Source of the DNA: a virus
Lineage: Duplodnaviria > Caudoviricetes
Virus record (IMG/VR): IMGVR_UViG_3300033153_005598
Coordinates: 1 to 32,943 of that record
DNA length: 32,943 nucleotides
Reading direction: 5' to 3' (one strand)
A program made the position numbers and the translations under genes. This document shows, piece after piece, positions 25,167-32,943 of the stretch. Each line of letters begins with the position of its first letter. Within the stretch, counting starts at the first letter, position 1. The notes beneath the pieces were generated by a model. That model ran no database searches and was not told where the DNA came from. It worked only from the letters and a program-made list of their open reading frames with translations.

Positions 25167-26993
25167 TTATTTGGCACCTCCCGTTGGTAGACCTATTGGA
25201 ACACCGGGTCCAGGTGGCCCCATTGGGGCAGGGGGTAAGCCCGGAGGTCTACCTTTCCCCGGCGGTCCCATCATCATTTTCTTCTCTTTTCTTTTCAAAA
25301 TCTTATCTTTCGCCGGAAACCTCAAAATATCCAATATCGCCTCATCGTCAATAACGCTTGCCGGGGTTACCTGTACTTCCCCAAGACGCAAAGCCAAATT
25401 TGCCAGAGACTGTTTGTCCATCGGCAATGTTGAATTAGTTTGAACTTCAATATCAAAGGCTGCATATATCTGATCTTCGCCCATCATCTTTACAACTTTC
25501 TGATAATCCTCATCCTCGGTTATGCGTTTTTTATATTCTTCCGGATCTTCTCCTTCTTGGGGTTCAGGTCTGCTAACTTCTTGTAGAAAACCCGGGGAGT
25601 TGCTAATCGGCATGAACTCAATCTCTTCGTCCTTCCGCATGGAAAAAGTTCTCGGTTCGTTATAATATTGCTGCATAAGCTCAAGCATTAAATAGGCAGC
25701 TCGTTTTATACTGGCTTCAAGATTCCTTACCCTTTGCCGGGTACGGGTGTAAGATGATTCGATTAAGATACTTACCTCGGAAGCACTTTGGCGTTGCTTT
25801 TTCGAGGCCATACCTTTAGAGATATCTGTTACTCCAGATACCTCTTCTATTAGGCCGGCAATACCTTGCATCAAATCACTGTGGACCTTGTCGAATGGGG
25901 CTACTTTGATGGGCCTAACTGGTTCGTCTGTTGCGCTCATATTCGCCAAGAATACATTATCACCCTCGGCGAGATCCTTCTTGATGGTCTCTACATCAAG
26001 TCCAGTCGTCTCGTCGACCATATAGTTAGTCCGGGCGTGTTTGCGGCAATGATGCACCATGTCTTGCAGGCGGGCGTTAAATTCACGGTTTAAGTTCTCG
26101 ATCTGTTGCGGTTCACAAATGCCCCAAAATGAATGTGGCACCTGGTAGTCATAAAATGCAACCCAGGGTGGTTTCCCGTGAGAAAAAGGCGAAGATTCAT
26201 CTTGGAGTTTCACTCCATTCTTGGAAAATACCACATACCTACCGTTAGGATATTTCTTTCGGGTACCCTTCTTTTCTTCGGGATTCCCGTCTTTATCCAG
26301 TTCTTCGGTTATATATTCTTCAATCCTTTCGTCTTGCATCCAAATCTCATAAATAGTGACCTTTCGGCCCTGGAGTTCAAAATCCTCCATCTCTGACATA
26401 TTTAAGCGTTTTTCTACATCATCGTCCGGTGTTACATCTTTATACTTATCTGGATAATTGGATTTTACCCACATCATAGTACGCTGCTTAACCGTACCAC
26501 AATAGTGACAATTCCATAGATCATCATCTCCCGGAGAGATGAAAAAAGTCCGGGGATCTTCCAGGTCAACAGCAACTTCGCCGCCAAACTCGGCGTTTGG
26601 ATCAAATCGAATCTTCCACAATCCAACAGGCCAAATTTGCGAATCCTTAACAACACGATAAGTTTTGACATCGAGTTCGAGTTTATCCCAAAGATAATCT
26701 AACGCTTTGCTATACACATTGATATAGTCTTGCATATAAGATTCCCGAGCCCGAACATTCCAAATAGGCCGATTGTCGGTCAACAGGGGGGCATTTGTTT
26801 CTACCGTGGCGAAAATATAATTACAGAATACGGCGGAATCGTTGGTTTTTAAGTTTTTCTTATCCCACCATTCCCCGTTATATTCTCTTAACCATCGGTT
26901 CATGTCCTTTCGCCGGCTCTTGTAGGACTCGCTCTCCCATATCTTGTCGATCTCGTTCTGTAATTTCTCTATAAATCTATCTTTTTTCATCAT
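25167..26993 (-). CDS. portal protein (P22-like)
   Basis: 608 aa; NYIFATVET, DPRTFFISP, SPFSHGKPPW, SFWGI, VSGVTDIS and FDIEVQTNS motifs. Confidence 0.85.
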   Translation of the reverse strand: MMKKDRFIEKLQNEIDKIWESESYKSRRKDMNRWLREYNGEWWDKKNLKTNDSAVFCNYIFATVETNAPLLTDNRPIWNVRARESYMQDYINVYSKALDYLWDKLELDVKTYRVVKDSQIWPVGLWKIRFDPNAEFGGEVAVDLEDPRTFFISPGDDDLWNCHYCGTVKQRTMMWVKSNYPDKYKDVTPDDDVEKRLNMSEMEDFELQGRKVTIYEIWMQDERIEEYITEELDKDGNPEEKKGTRKKYPNGRYVVFSKNGVKLQDESSPFSHGKPPWVAFYDYQVPHSFWGICEPQQIENLNREFNARLQDMVHHCRKHARTNYMVDETTGLDVETIKKDLAEGDNVFLANMSATDEPVRPIKVAPFDKVHSDLMQGIAGLIEEVSGVTDISKGMASKKQRQSASEVSILIESSYTRTRQRVRNLEASIKRAAYLMLELMQQYYNEPRTFSMRKDEEIEFMPISNSPGFLQEVSRPEPQEGEDPEEYKKRITEDEDYQKVVKMMGEDQIYAAFDIEVQTNSTLPMDKQSLANLALRLGEVQVTPASVIDDEAILDILRFPAKDKILKRKEKKMMMGPPGKGRPPGLPPAPMGPPGPGVPIGLPTGGAK

Positions 26994-27328
26994 TATGCCT
27001 TGATCCGGCTAGCCTCTTTCTGGGCCAAATAAGCCATCTTTCGCTCTCGGGATTCGGGCATGGAACGACCTTCATGACCGCTTATATCTTTATCCTCTGA
27101 TATTCCCTGTTCGGCCATATAATTATCTCTTTCTCGTTTGGTGTCAAAATGGCGACCAAGGCCGACATCAAATCCGGGCCGCCAATCTATAATAACAGCC
27201 CCCGGAGCTGCAAACTTGTTTCGGGCTATCTTGCCACACTTACAAGGAATTTCTTTGGGATATGTCCCAAAAAAAAGTTCTTCTGTTTCTTCGCCACAAA
27301 ATGGACATTTATATAAGCGAATGGGCAT
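26993..27328 (-). CDS. FmdB-like zinc-ribbon protein
   Basis: MPIRLYKCPFCG...PCKCG. Confidence 0.75.
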   Translation of the reverse strand: MPIRLYKCPFCGEETEELFFGTYPKEIPCKCGKIARNKFAAPGAVIIDWRPGFDVGLGRHFDTKRERDNYMAEQGISEDKDISGHEGRSMPESRERKMAYLAQKEASRIKA

Positions 27329-27542
27329 TCCAACCTCCTATTTTAGGTGGTCTCAAGGGTCTACCTGGCAAATTATTAGGCATCCCCTTGGTGAGTGCGG
27401 CTAAATTACCGCTTTGTCCTTTGCGTTTTTGACCCATTAACTTCGGTTGTGGGGAACGTCTCTGGGTATTCATAAGCGCCCATAACATCCTCAACCTTTT
27501 AGGATCATAAAGGGCTTGTGTTTTTACCAAATCAGTGAACAA
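27309..27542 (-). CDS. hypothetical basic protein
   Basis: ORF track; AGGAG upstream of a TTG start. Confidence 0.5.
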   Translation of the reverse strand: MFTDLVKTQALYDPKRLRMLWALMNTQRRSPQPKLMGQKRKGQSGNLAALTKGMPNNLPGRPLRPPKIGGWNAHSLI

Positions 27543-27566
27543 ATCTAGCTCCTTTGAAATATCACT

Positions 27567-29132
27567 TCATTTAACGAATCTATCCTCCCAGTTTGGTCTT
27601 GAGGGTTTGAACATACCCGCTATCGTGTTAGGATCTTCTGCGGGTATCTCGATCCCTCCATGCCGCGCAAACGTTTCTATACAATTAAACAACATGCTTG
27701 CGGCATCTAACAGGTCGTCTTCATCCGCTTCTCGACCTGTATATAGATCCATCTGCTGCAATAAAGGAATACAGCTTTCTAGAATCTGGCATTTTCCAGC
27801 TCGGCAAAAAGCGCCTAACGTATCAGCTATCTTCTGAGCTTTGGATTTTGTTCTAGGCGTTTTTATCGGAAAAATGGGAAATCCTAGCCTTGTTTGATGG
27901 ATTCTGTTGTATTCGCTTAATTTCAACTGAATCACATATTTCAAATGTTCCTGCTGCCCGAATTCGATCCCTACCCTCTTGGGATTGTACTGGATCGCCT
28001 TTTGGATCAGCAAATCCGCCAATCGGTCACCGCTCATCTTCACTTTTATCGATTCGATGATGTATAGGCGATTAGCTTCACATACCGCACCTATCACAAT
28101 ACCTGAATGATCGCTCCATCTCTTTGTGGTAGCCGCTGGATCACAGGCTACGTAATATGTATACTCTCCCGGAGGAAGTCCAGAAATTGTCGGATGCGGC
28201 GGGGGAAAGATTTTCTCTTCCGTTGGCGTCGGGTTAAGAAGATACTGACACGAAAATTTATAATCATCTCGCATCATCCTCTTCCGTCGCATCAGTGCTT
28301 TAAGCGAAAAGTACTTATAGATCGGTTTTCCATTTTGAATTGCAGGTCGCTCAAAAATATGATCAATAAGCTTTTCTCTTTTAATTACTGCATATAGGTC
28401 TGCATAATGATAGGGAGTACCTATTGCAGTAATCTCGGCTTTGGTATCCAACATGGGTTGTAAATAACCCCACCAATCTATCGCCTTCGCTATTTGATCC
28501 GCTGTGGTAACTGATTTTTCGTCAATCACATCATCCAAGTAAGCTTTTTCAAAGTGAAAGCCAGTGATCTTTGCCCCTACGCCCACTGCTAAAATCTGCG
28601 GTCCTTGGGGAATATATCCTCTCTCCGGATCTCTTTTCAGCGTTAATTCTTGTTCGGTGGCCTTTTCCCATCCATTATATTCTTTCCCAGGATCAGGAAT
28701 AATTTCTGGAAACAAGCTACGCAAAATGGATGTTGAAAATATCCGTTTAATATCCGTCAATTCTTGTACTACAAGGCGTTTGGTAGCAGAGGCTAACAAG
28801 ATCCTGATATTAGGATTGTTTAGGATTTCTTGAACAATCTTTAGCTTTACCCAGGTAGATTTCATATGGTCCCTGGGAACCAGGATCAGTTTATCTCCGG
28901 GTCTATCGAGCAGCCGCACGAGCCACCGGTGAAATTTCGGATCTATCCGCCTTTTCCCTTCTCTTGTTTTATCCCATCCTAGAACCTCGGTCGCTAAATA
29001 ATATAGATCGGTTAGGCATTTCCACTTGATATACAAGCGCGATGCTTCAAGTTCATTCCCGTCAACTAGTTCGAGGATTTCTTCAAGTTTACGTTGTTCG
29101 CTCGGCTTGCGTTTAGGTGCGATATCGGACAT
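27567..29132 (-). CDS. terL: terminase large subunit
   Basis: Walker A-like PRDHMKST, Walker B LDDVID, coupling motif IGTPYH, nuclease CDPA...DEDDLLDA; ATG 29132 in TAATG overlap (track start 29174 is TTG). Confidence 0.92.
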   Translation of the reverse strand: MSDIAPKRKPSEQRKLEEILELVDGNELEASRLYIKWKCLTDLYYLATEVLGWDKTREGKRRIDPKFHRWLVRLLDRPGDKLILVPRDHMKSTWVKLKIVQEILNNPNIRILLASATKRLVVQELTDIKRIFSTSILRSLFPEIIPDPGKEYNGWEKATEQELTLKRDPERGYIPQGPQILAVGVGAKITGFHFEKAYLDDVIDEKSVTTADQIAKAIDWWGYLQPMLDTKAEITAIGTPYHYADLYAVIKREKLIDHIFERPAIQNGKPIYKYFSLKALMRRKRMMRDDYKFSCQYLLNPTPTEEKIFPPPHPTISGLPPGEYTYYVACDPAATTKRWSDHSGIVIGAVCEANRLYIIESIKVKMSGDRLADLLIQKAIQYNPKRVGIEFGQQEHLKYVIQLKLSEYNRIHQTRLGFPIFPIKTPRTKSKAQKIADTLGAFCRAGKCQILESCIPLLQQMDLYTGREADEDDLLDAASMLFNCIETFARHGGIEIPAEDPNTIAGMFKPSRPNWEDRFVK

Positions 29133-29542
29133 TATCTTGTAATCGCTGTCATCCCTCCGGGATTCTTTTTCCAAGGAAGATCTCTTACCCTGGCAATATC
29201 TTGCGACAACTTAGGTCGGTTTTCCCACAAGATTCTCAGCTTTTCGCCAATGGTTGGAGCAGAACGCTGCATACCTTGTTCTTGCATCTTGTTGATATAC
29301 TTATTGATATCGAATGGTTCCTCTTGGGGAGCGGGCTGTTCTGGAGGCTGGAGTGATTCCAGATAATCTAGGATCAAATCATAATCTATTGTCGGTGTTT
29401 TCCCACTCCACTGTTCTCCCATGGCTTCATATGCCTCGGGCGCTAAATCCACCATAGCCTCGTGCAATTCCATATCAGGTTCGAATCGTCCCCATTTTTG
29501 ACGATTTGCTTGTACTCTTGTCCATAATTCAGTTAGGTCCAT
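29132..29542 (-). CDS. hypothetical protein, first gene after the late-region terminator
   Basis: AGGAGG RBS; coupled to terL. Confidence 0.7.
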   Translation of the reverse strand: MDLTELWTRVQANRQKWGRFEPDMELHEAMVDLAPEAYEAMGEQWSGKTPTIDYDLILDYLESLQPPEQPAPQEEPFDINKYINKMQEQGMQRSAPTIGEKLRILWENRPKLSQDIARVRDLPWKKNPGGMTAITR

Positions 29543-29552
29543 CAGTCCTCCT

Positions 29553-29606
29553 AAAAAAAATAAGGATATACGAATTCCGCATAACTTTTACGGATTCCGC
29601 ATATCC
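29553..29606 (-). terminator. long hairpin plus U-tract upstream of the packaging/structural operon
   Basis: Minus strand GGATATGCGGAATCCGTA-loop-TGCGGAATTCGTATATCC then TTATTTTTTTT. Confidence 0.8.
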
Positions 29607-29630
29607 TCTGATATTCAGTTGGATATTAAA

Positions 29631-29786
29631 TTATTTGTCTGTTTTTGTCTGCTGTACTATCGCTTTATCTATTCTCGCTAATTCCCCATTTATTATGATA
29701 AAGTCTATTGTGAGTCTTCCATATCGTATCCCTGGTAGATGGTCTACGATAAACGCCGTGACAGAGGCGGGGATAGCCTTTATCAT
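29631..29786 (-). CDS. 51-aa protein resembling YezD/DUF2292 (not in ORF track)
   Basis: MIKAIPASVTAFIVDHLPGIRYGRLTIDFIIINGELARIDKAIVQQTKTDK*. Confidence 0.5.
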   Translation of the reverse strand: MIKAIPASVTAFIVDHLPGIRYGRLTIDFIIINGELARIDKAIVQQTKTDK

Positions 29787-29834
29787 ATTGAAAACCCGTT
29801 TTGCGCTATACCCATTTTGCCTTACAAAGTAACC

Positions 29835-30635
29835 CTACTCGGGTCTTTCCCGGTTCAAATCCCGAAGATGTTCTTTCGCCACTTTGTACTCTTCGCGCCT
29901 TCTATTGAAGATCTGGTCTGTTTCTATAATGCCCTTGATCGCAGGTAGAATATCAATAACTTGTACCGCATAAGTCCCATCTATCAAGGAGACATATCCA
30001 GCCATGGTATATACAACCGCGTAAGCTGCTACATTAATCCCTACGATCTCTCCCCGGTCGTTGAACAAAGGCCCGCCAGAGGAACCCTGGTTTGACGATG
30101 CACTGTGAAGTAGATACCCAGCGCCTATATCATAATCATATTTTTGATCAATCAACTTTCCCCAGGATATATAATAAGGTCTTCCAACCGGGGTACCTAT
30201 AGCAAAAATTTCATCCCCAACCTCTGGTATGACTTCGGCAAAAGACGAATACGTCCAAATACGTTCTGCGGAAATCTTGTAAATTGCTATATCAAGCTCT
30301 TTATGCATGAAAACTAAGGCAAGTTCTTCGTACTTTACTATCAAGGGTATGTCCATGTCGTCATAGTAGCGCAGGGCATACATAAACTTAGCGCCGCCTC
30401 CATGAGCGCAAGTCAAAATGTATCCATCCTCGGAGATCAATACACCGCTCGTCATGCCGTGATCATGAATAAGTATCACGACAGAATCACTAGCAGCTTC
30501 GTAATTGGGTGACACGGGCGGCGATTCATTAATTTGAAGTACAGCGATAAATAGCAAAACCGATAGAACCCCAACAGCTATCAACTGCCCGTGATTTTTT
30601 AGAAACTTTCCAACCTCTTTCAATAGCCTCTTCAT
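29835..30635 (-). CDS. membrane-anchored trypsin-like (S1/HtrA-type, no PDZ) serine protease
   Basis: N-terminal TM; GVLISEDGYILTCAH, DIA and NQGSSGGPL catalytic motifs. Confidence 0.9.
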   Translation of the reverse strand: MKRLLKEVGKFLKNHGQLIAVGVLSVLLFIAVLQINESPPVSPNYEAASDSVVILIHDHGMTSGVLISEDGYILTCAHGGGAKFMYALRYYDDMDIPLIVKYEELALVFMHKELDIAIYKISAERIWTYSSFAEVIPEVGDEIFAIGTPVGRPYYISWGKLIDQKYDYDIGAGYLLHSASSNQGSSGGPLFNDRGEIVGINVAAYAVVYTMAGYVSLIDGTYAVQVIDILPAIKGIIETDQIFNRRREEYKVAKEHLRDLNRERPE

Positions 30636-30757
30636 CTCAATCCTCTTCGATCTTTTCCCCCTTTCTTATTCCCCCATGTATGCCAAATCAAATAGGCCAG
30701 TCTCCAAGATAGCATGAATAGCGCAATTGCAACAAGTACCCAATAACCAGTATCCAT
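30632..30757 (-). CDS. 41-aa single-TM peptide (not in ORF track)
   Basis: MDTGYWVLVAIALFMLSWRLAYLIWHTWGNKKGGKDRRGLR*; ATGA overlap with the protease. Confidence 0.55.
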   Translation of the reverse strand: MDTGYWVLVAIALFMLSWRLAYLIWHTWGNKKGGKDRRGLR

Positions 30758-30799
30758 CTCAGCTTAGTAGGCTTCTATTAATGACATCTCAGTCTTATC

Positions 30800-31159
30800 C
30801 TATGCTATTTCGATATCCCATTGAATTAGCTTTGTTTTTAAATTGTAATATTCATGGTTTGCTTGATCTTTCGTTAAAGATTTAATATTAAATTCTTCGC
30901 CGATACCAAATGTTTCAAAACGATACAAAAAATATCTTCCTTTTGCAGTTTTATAAACTCCGATAAAATCCGTACACAAATAAGTCCACCAGCATCCCAG
31001 TTCTCCAGAACCTACGCGCGTATTTAAAAGTGAATAAGCTATTAGATTACTTTTGGAAGTGTCGTATAAAAGTCCATTATAAACATCGCTGAATTGTGGA
31101 ATTTCTTCAAGCTTGCGATATCGACCAGAAATATGTCCCGTTAATTGTTTGAATGGCAT
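30800..31159 (-). CDS. AT-rich moron-like hypothetical protein
   Basis: Own promoter; YDTSKS...VYKTAKGRYFL...LTKDQA pattern. Confidence 0.65.
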   Translation of the reverse strand: MPFKQLTGHISGRYRKLEEIPQFSDVYNGLLYDTSKSNLIAYSLLNTRVGSGELGCWWTYLCTDFIGVYKTAKGRYFLYRFETFGIGEEFNIKSLTKDQANHEYYNLKTKLIQWDIEIA

Positions 31160-31186
31160 CAGTCTAAATTCTCGTCACCTTTCGGA

Positions 31187-31215
31187 AGTATATCATAATT
31201 CATAACTTCTGTCAA
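31187..31215 (-). promoter_or_regulatory. sigma70-type promoter
   Basis: TTGACA-N17-TATACT with extended -10 TG. Confidence 0.8.
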
Positions 31216-31493
31216 GTACTGCGGGAATCAGTAAAAGAAACAGGCGCGATTTCTGGATAACGAAAGAAATATTCTGTCATAAATTCCGGTACCCGCGAGA
31301 GCGGGGTCTTTTTCGGCCGAGCAGACTCCCCCTTATGTAATTCTCTAGTAATTTTTTTTACGTCGGCTTCTATGTCTTCAACAAATAGCTCAATCCAGCC
31401 GATCCTCCTGCGAATGCGCCCTATTTCTTCTTCCACTTTAACTCCCCTTATTGAAAATGCGCCGTGGGGTCGGATATGACATATAGCACGCAC
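31212..31493 (-). CDS. hypothetical protein
   Basis: ORF track; start uncertain. Confidence 0.45.
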   Translation of the reverse strand: MRAICHIRPHGAFSIRGVKVEEEIGRIRRRIGWIELFVEDIEADVKKITRELHKGESARPKKTPLSRVPEFMTEYFFRYPEIAPVSFTDSRST

Positions 31494-31503
31494 AGTACCG
31501 GGC

Positions 31504-32121
31504 TCAGTCCCCCCTCCCCCGCCGGAGATGGGCGGAACCGGAGGGTAGCCCCTGCCTATGTATCAGTTTAAGCAGCTCCTTATCCTTGGCCAGGTCCACT
31601 GCCGCCTTGGCCGCGTCGCGTATGCCAGTCACTCTAAAATACAGATCCGCAGCCTTGATAACATCGGCCGGCCGGGGGGAAGTCTCCGTAGACGCGCATA
31701 CCTTGCCGTCCTTATCCTTGGTGGTTGAGGTGATACGATAGGAGCCCTTGAGGATTTGTGCGAGGCGTGCGGCGACTACCACTCTGTCCATACCTTGAGA
31801 AGCGAATACGGCTTCTATTTCGGATCTTATAGTGGGATTTTGTAGGTAATCATGTCCAGCTACTTTGGCTGTATTTTGGTTAGCGTTGGGATGGGATAGG
31901 GCATAGCTACGAGAAGCGTTTTTGTAGGATGGGCCTGTAGGGTCGCAATAGCGGATTACGAACTCTTGTTGTTTAGGGTTGAGTTTAGGTTTAGTTAGGC
32001 GCCCAGAATTCGAGCTCTTGTTTCGGTTGTTCTCAGCCTTTTTTTCTGGACTCGCCTGATCCCTTTCTGCCGGTGCAGAATCCCTTTCTGAGCCGTTTAT
32101 GAGCCCATTATCAGTATTCAT
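31504..32121 (-). CDS. terS: terminase small subunit
   Basis: LNPKQQEFVIRY...NASRSY...TAKVAGHDYLQNPTIRSEI HTH; IKAADL oligomerisation helix. Confidence 0.75.
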   Translation of the reverse strand: MNTDNGLINGSERDSAPAERDQASPEKKAENNRNKSSNSGRLTKPKLNPKQQEFVIRYCDPTGPSYKNASRSYALSHPNANQNTAKVAGHDYLQNPTIRSEIEAVFASQGMDRVVVAARLAQILKGSYRITSTTKDKDGKVCASTETSPRPADVIKAADLYFRVTGIRDAAKAAVDLAKDKELLKLIHRQGLPSGSAHLRRGRGD

Positions 32122-32280
32122 TTATTTGCTCTTTTTGTTAGGCGCCTGGCTTTTTGATGCTTCACCTTTTTGATAACTTTGGCCTGTACTTTCCTGGCAA
32201 ATCTTGATTGCTGTTACTTTATCCCAACCCTGAGCAATCAGAGATTGTACGCATCGATATACTCTTGTTCCTTTAGGCAT
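32122..32280 (-). CDS. 52-aa basic protein (not in ORF track)
   Basis: MPKGTRVYRCVQSLIAQGWDKVTAIKICQESTG...; TAAGGAG RBS. Confidence 0.7.
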   Translation of the reverse strand: MPKGTRVYRCVQSLIAQGWDKVTAIKICQESTGQSYQKGEASKSQAPNKKSK

Positions 32281-32282
32281 TT

Positions 32283-32429
32283 TTACTCCTTATTGGGCGG
32301 GTCGAGCTCCGCCCAGCTATCAGGATCGCTCTCCATCATATCCATCATATGATCCCGTATATCATCTATCTCGCAATCAATAGCTATATATTCGGCTAAT
32401 AGCTCTACCCAATAATCTATCGCATCCAT
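32283..32429 (-). CDS. small acidic protein
   Basis: MDAIDYWVELLAEYIAIDCEIDDIRDHMMDMMESDPDSWAELDPPNKE; track start 32465 lies inside the -10 box. Confidence 0.5.
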   Translation of the reverse strand: MDAIDYWVELLAEYIAIDCEIDDIRDHMMDMMESDPDSWAELDPPNKE

Positions 32430-32460
32430 AGTTGCCTTATCATAATAGTACTCCTTGCCT

Positions 32461-32489
32461 ATCATACATCATTCACAACAAATTGTCAA
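32461..32489 (-). promoter_or_regulatory. leftward sigma70-type promoter
   Basis: TTGACA-N17-TATGAT. Confidence 0.8.
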
Positions 32490-32566
32490 GGGGAGTGTAT
32501 ACTATACAATCGTTAAGCTAGTTAGGCGTTTTTTCTGTCTTTTTTCATCTTTTTTTCGTTTTTCGC

Positions 32567-32595
32567 TTGACAGGCTAATCTATCCGTGATAGTAT
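32567..32595 (+). promoter_or_regulatory. rightward sigma70-type promoter
   Basis: TTGACA-N17-TAGTAT with extended -10 TG. Confidence 0.7.
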
Positions 32596-32647
32596 CTATT
32601 ATAGATGATTCGCCAAAGCGAACCAAATAACAAATACGGAGGGTGTT

Positions 32648-32791
32648 ATGAAAAGCTACGAGGTTATCGGCTATGCGCGGGATGGGGCTATGTATTGCCT
32701 TATGTGTGCGGAGGAAAAAGGTTGTCCTGCATCGGAGACAGATCAAAAAAATACTGATTGGTATATTACTATGACTGTGGGATACGTTTAG
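32648..32791 (+). CDS. 47-aa protein with CxxC (not in ORF track)
   Basis: GGAGGG RBS; MKSYEVIGYARDGAMYCLMCAEEKG... Confidence 0.55.
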   Translation: MKSYEVIGYARDGAMYCLMCAEEKGCPASETDQKNTDWYITMTVGYV

Positions 32792-32840
32792 GATTAGTTA
32801 GGCGCGCTTTTGCGGTCTAATCAAGTATAAAAGGAGCAAA

Positions 32841-32943
32841 ATGACCAAATTATACAAGCTGACTGATAAAAACGATCAGACCTACGGGGGCTGTCAATGG
32901 GGAGAGGGCGTGACCCACACGGCAGACGGAAAGGGTAGGTTGT
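32841..32943 (+). CDS. Ala-rich-tail paralog family, copy 3 (5' end only, runs off window)
   Basis: AAGGAG RBS; MTKLYKLTDKNDQTYGGCQWGEGVTHTADGKGRL. Confidence 0.85.
   Translation, partial: MTKLYKLTDKNDQTYGGCQWGEGVTHTADGKGRL
32861..32943. repeat. 83-bp perfect inverted repeat, right arm (partner 720..802)
   Basis: Exact reverse complement of 720..802; may extend beyond the window. Confidence 0.95.

Noticed and set aside
374-32352. Numerous plus-strand ORFs in the track
   Set aside because: They are antisense shadows of well-supported minus-strand genes, with no recognisable motifs
859-32804. Telomere-like TTAGGC repeats
   Set aside because: The copies are dispersed singletons, never tandem arrays at the ends
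1-32943. Complete circular genome or terminal repeats
   Set aside because: The ends do not overlap, the inverted repeat's left arm is internal (720..802), and the last gene runs off the window

Overview
The window is most of a tailed dsDNA phage genome with podovirus-like (P22-type) morphogenesis genes. Nearly all genes are on the minus strand. From right to left it encodes: a divergent sigma70 promoter pair, terminase small subunit, accessory genes (including a membrane-anchored trypsin-like protease), terminase large subunit, portal, scaffold, major capsid, three small virion proteins, adaptor, nozzle, three probable ejection proteins and a tail fibre split by a 20-bp duplication. These are followed by a dispersed lysis/accessory block (DUF261-like Cys peptidase, two metallophosphoesterases, stand-alone AP2 protein, 3-TM holin) and a recombination/replication block (SSB-like, Cas4-like nuclease, NinB-like, NinG, Myb-like repeat proteins, HTH replication initiator). 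I saw no integrase, polymerase, tRNA, CRISPR array or reverse transcriptase. Four signals are most unusual. (1) An asymmetric TTAGGCG motif occurs at least 31 times, with seven co-oriented copies of TAGTTAGGCG, and also forms the arms of two intergenic hairpins. (2) A promoter-to-terminator unit of about 85 nt carries a near copy of the 16S rRNA 3' end (anti-Shine-Dalgarno). (3) One gene is present three times with a conserved N-terminus and variable Ala-rich C-terminus; two copies share an 83-bp perfect inverted repeat and one lacks its start. (4) The tail fibre frameshift is potentially reversible. All family calls come from motif recognition by eye, not database searches.
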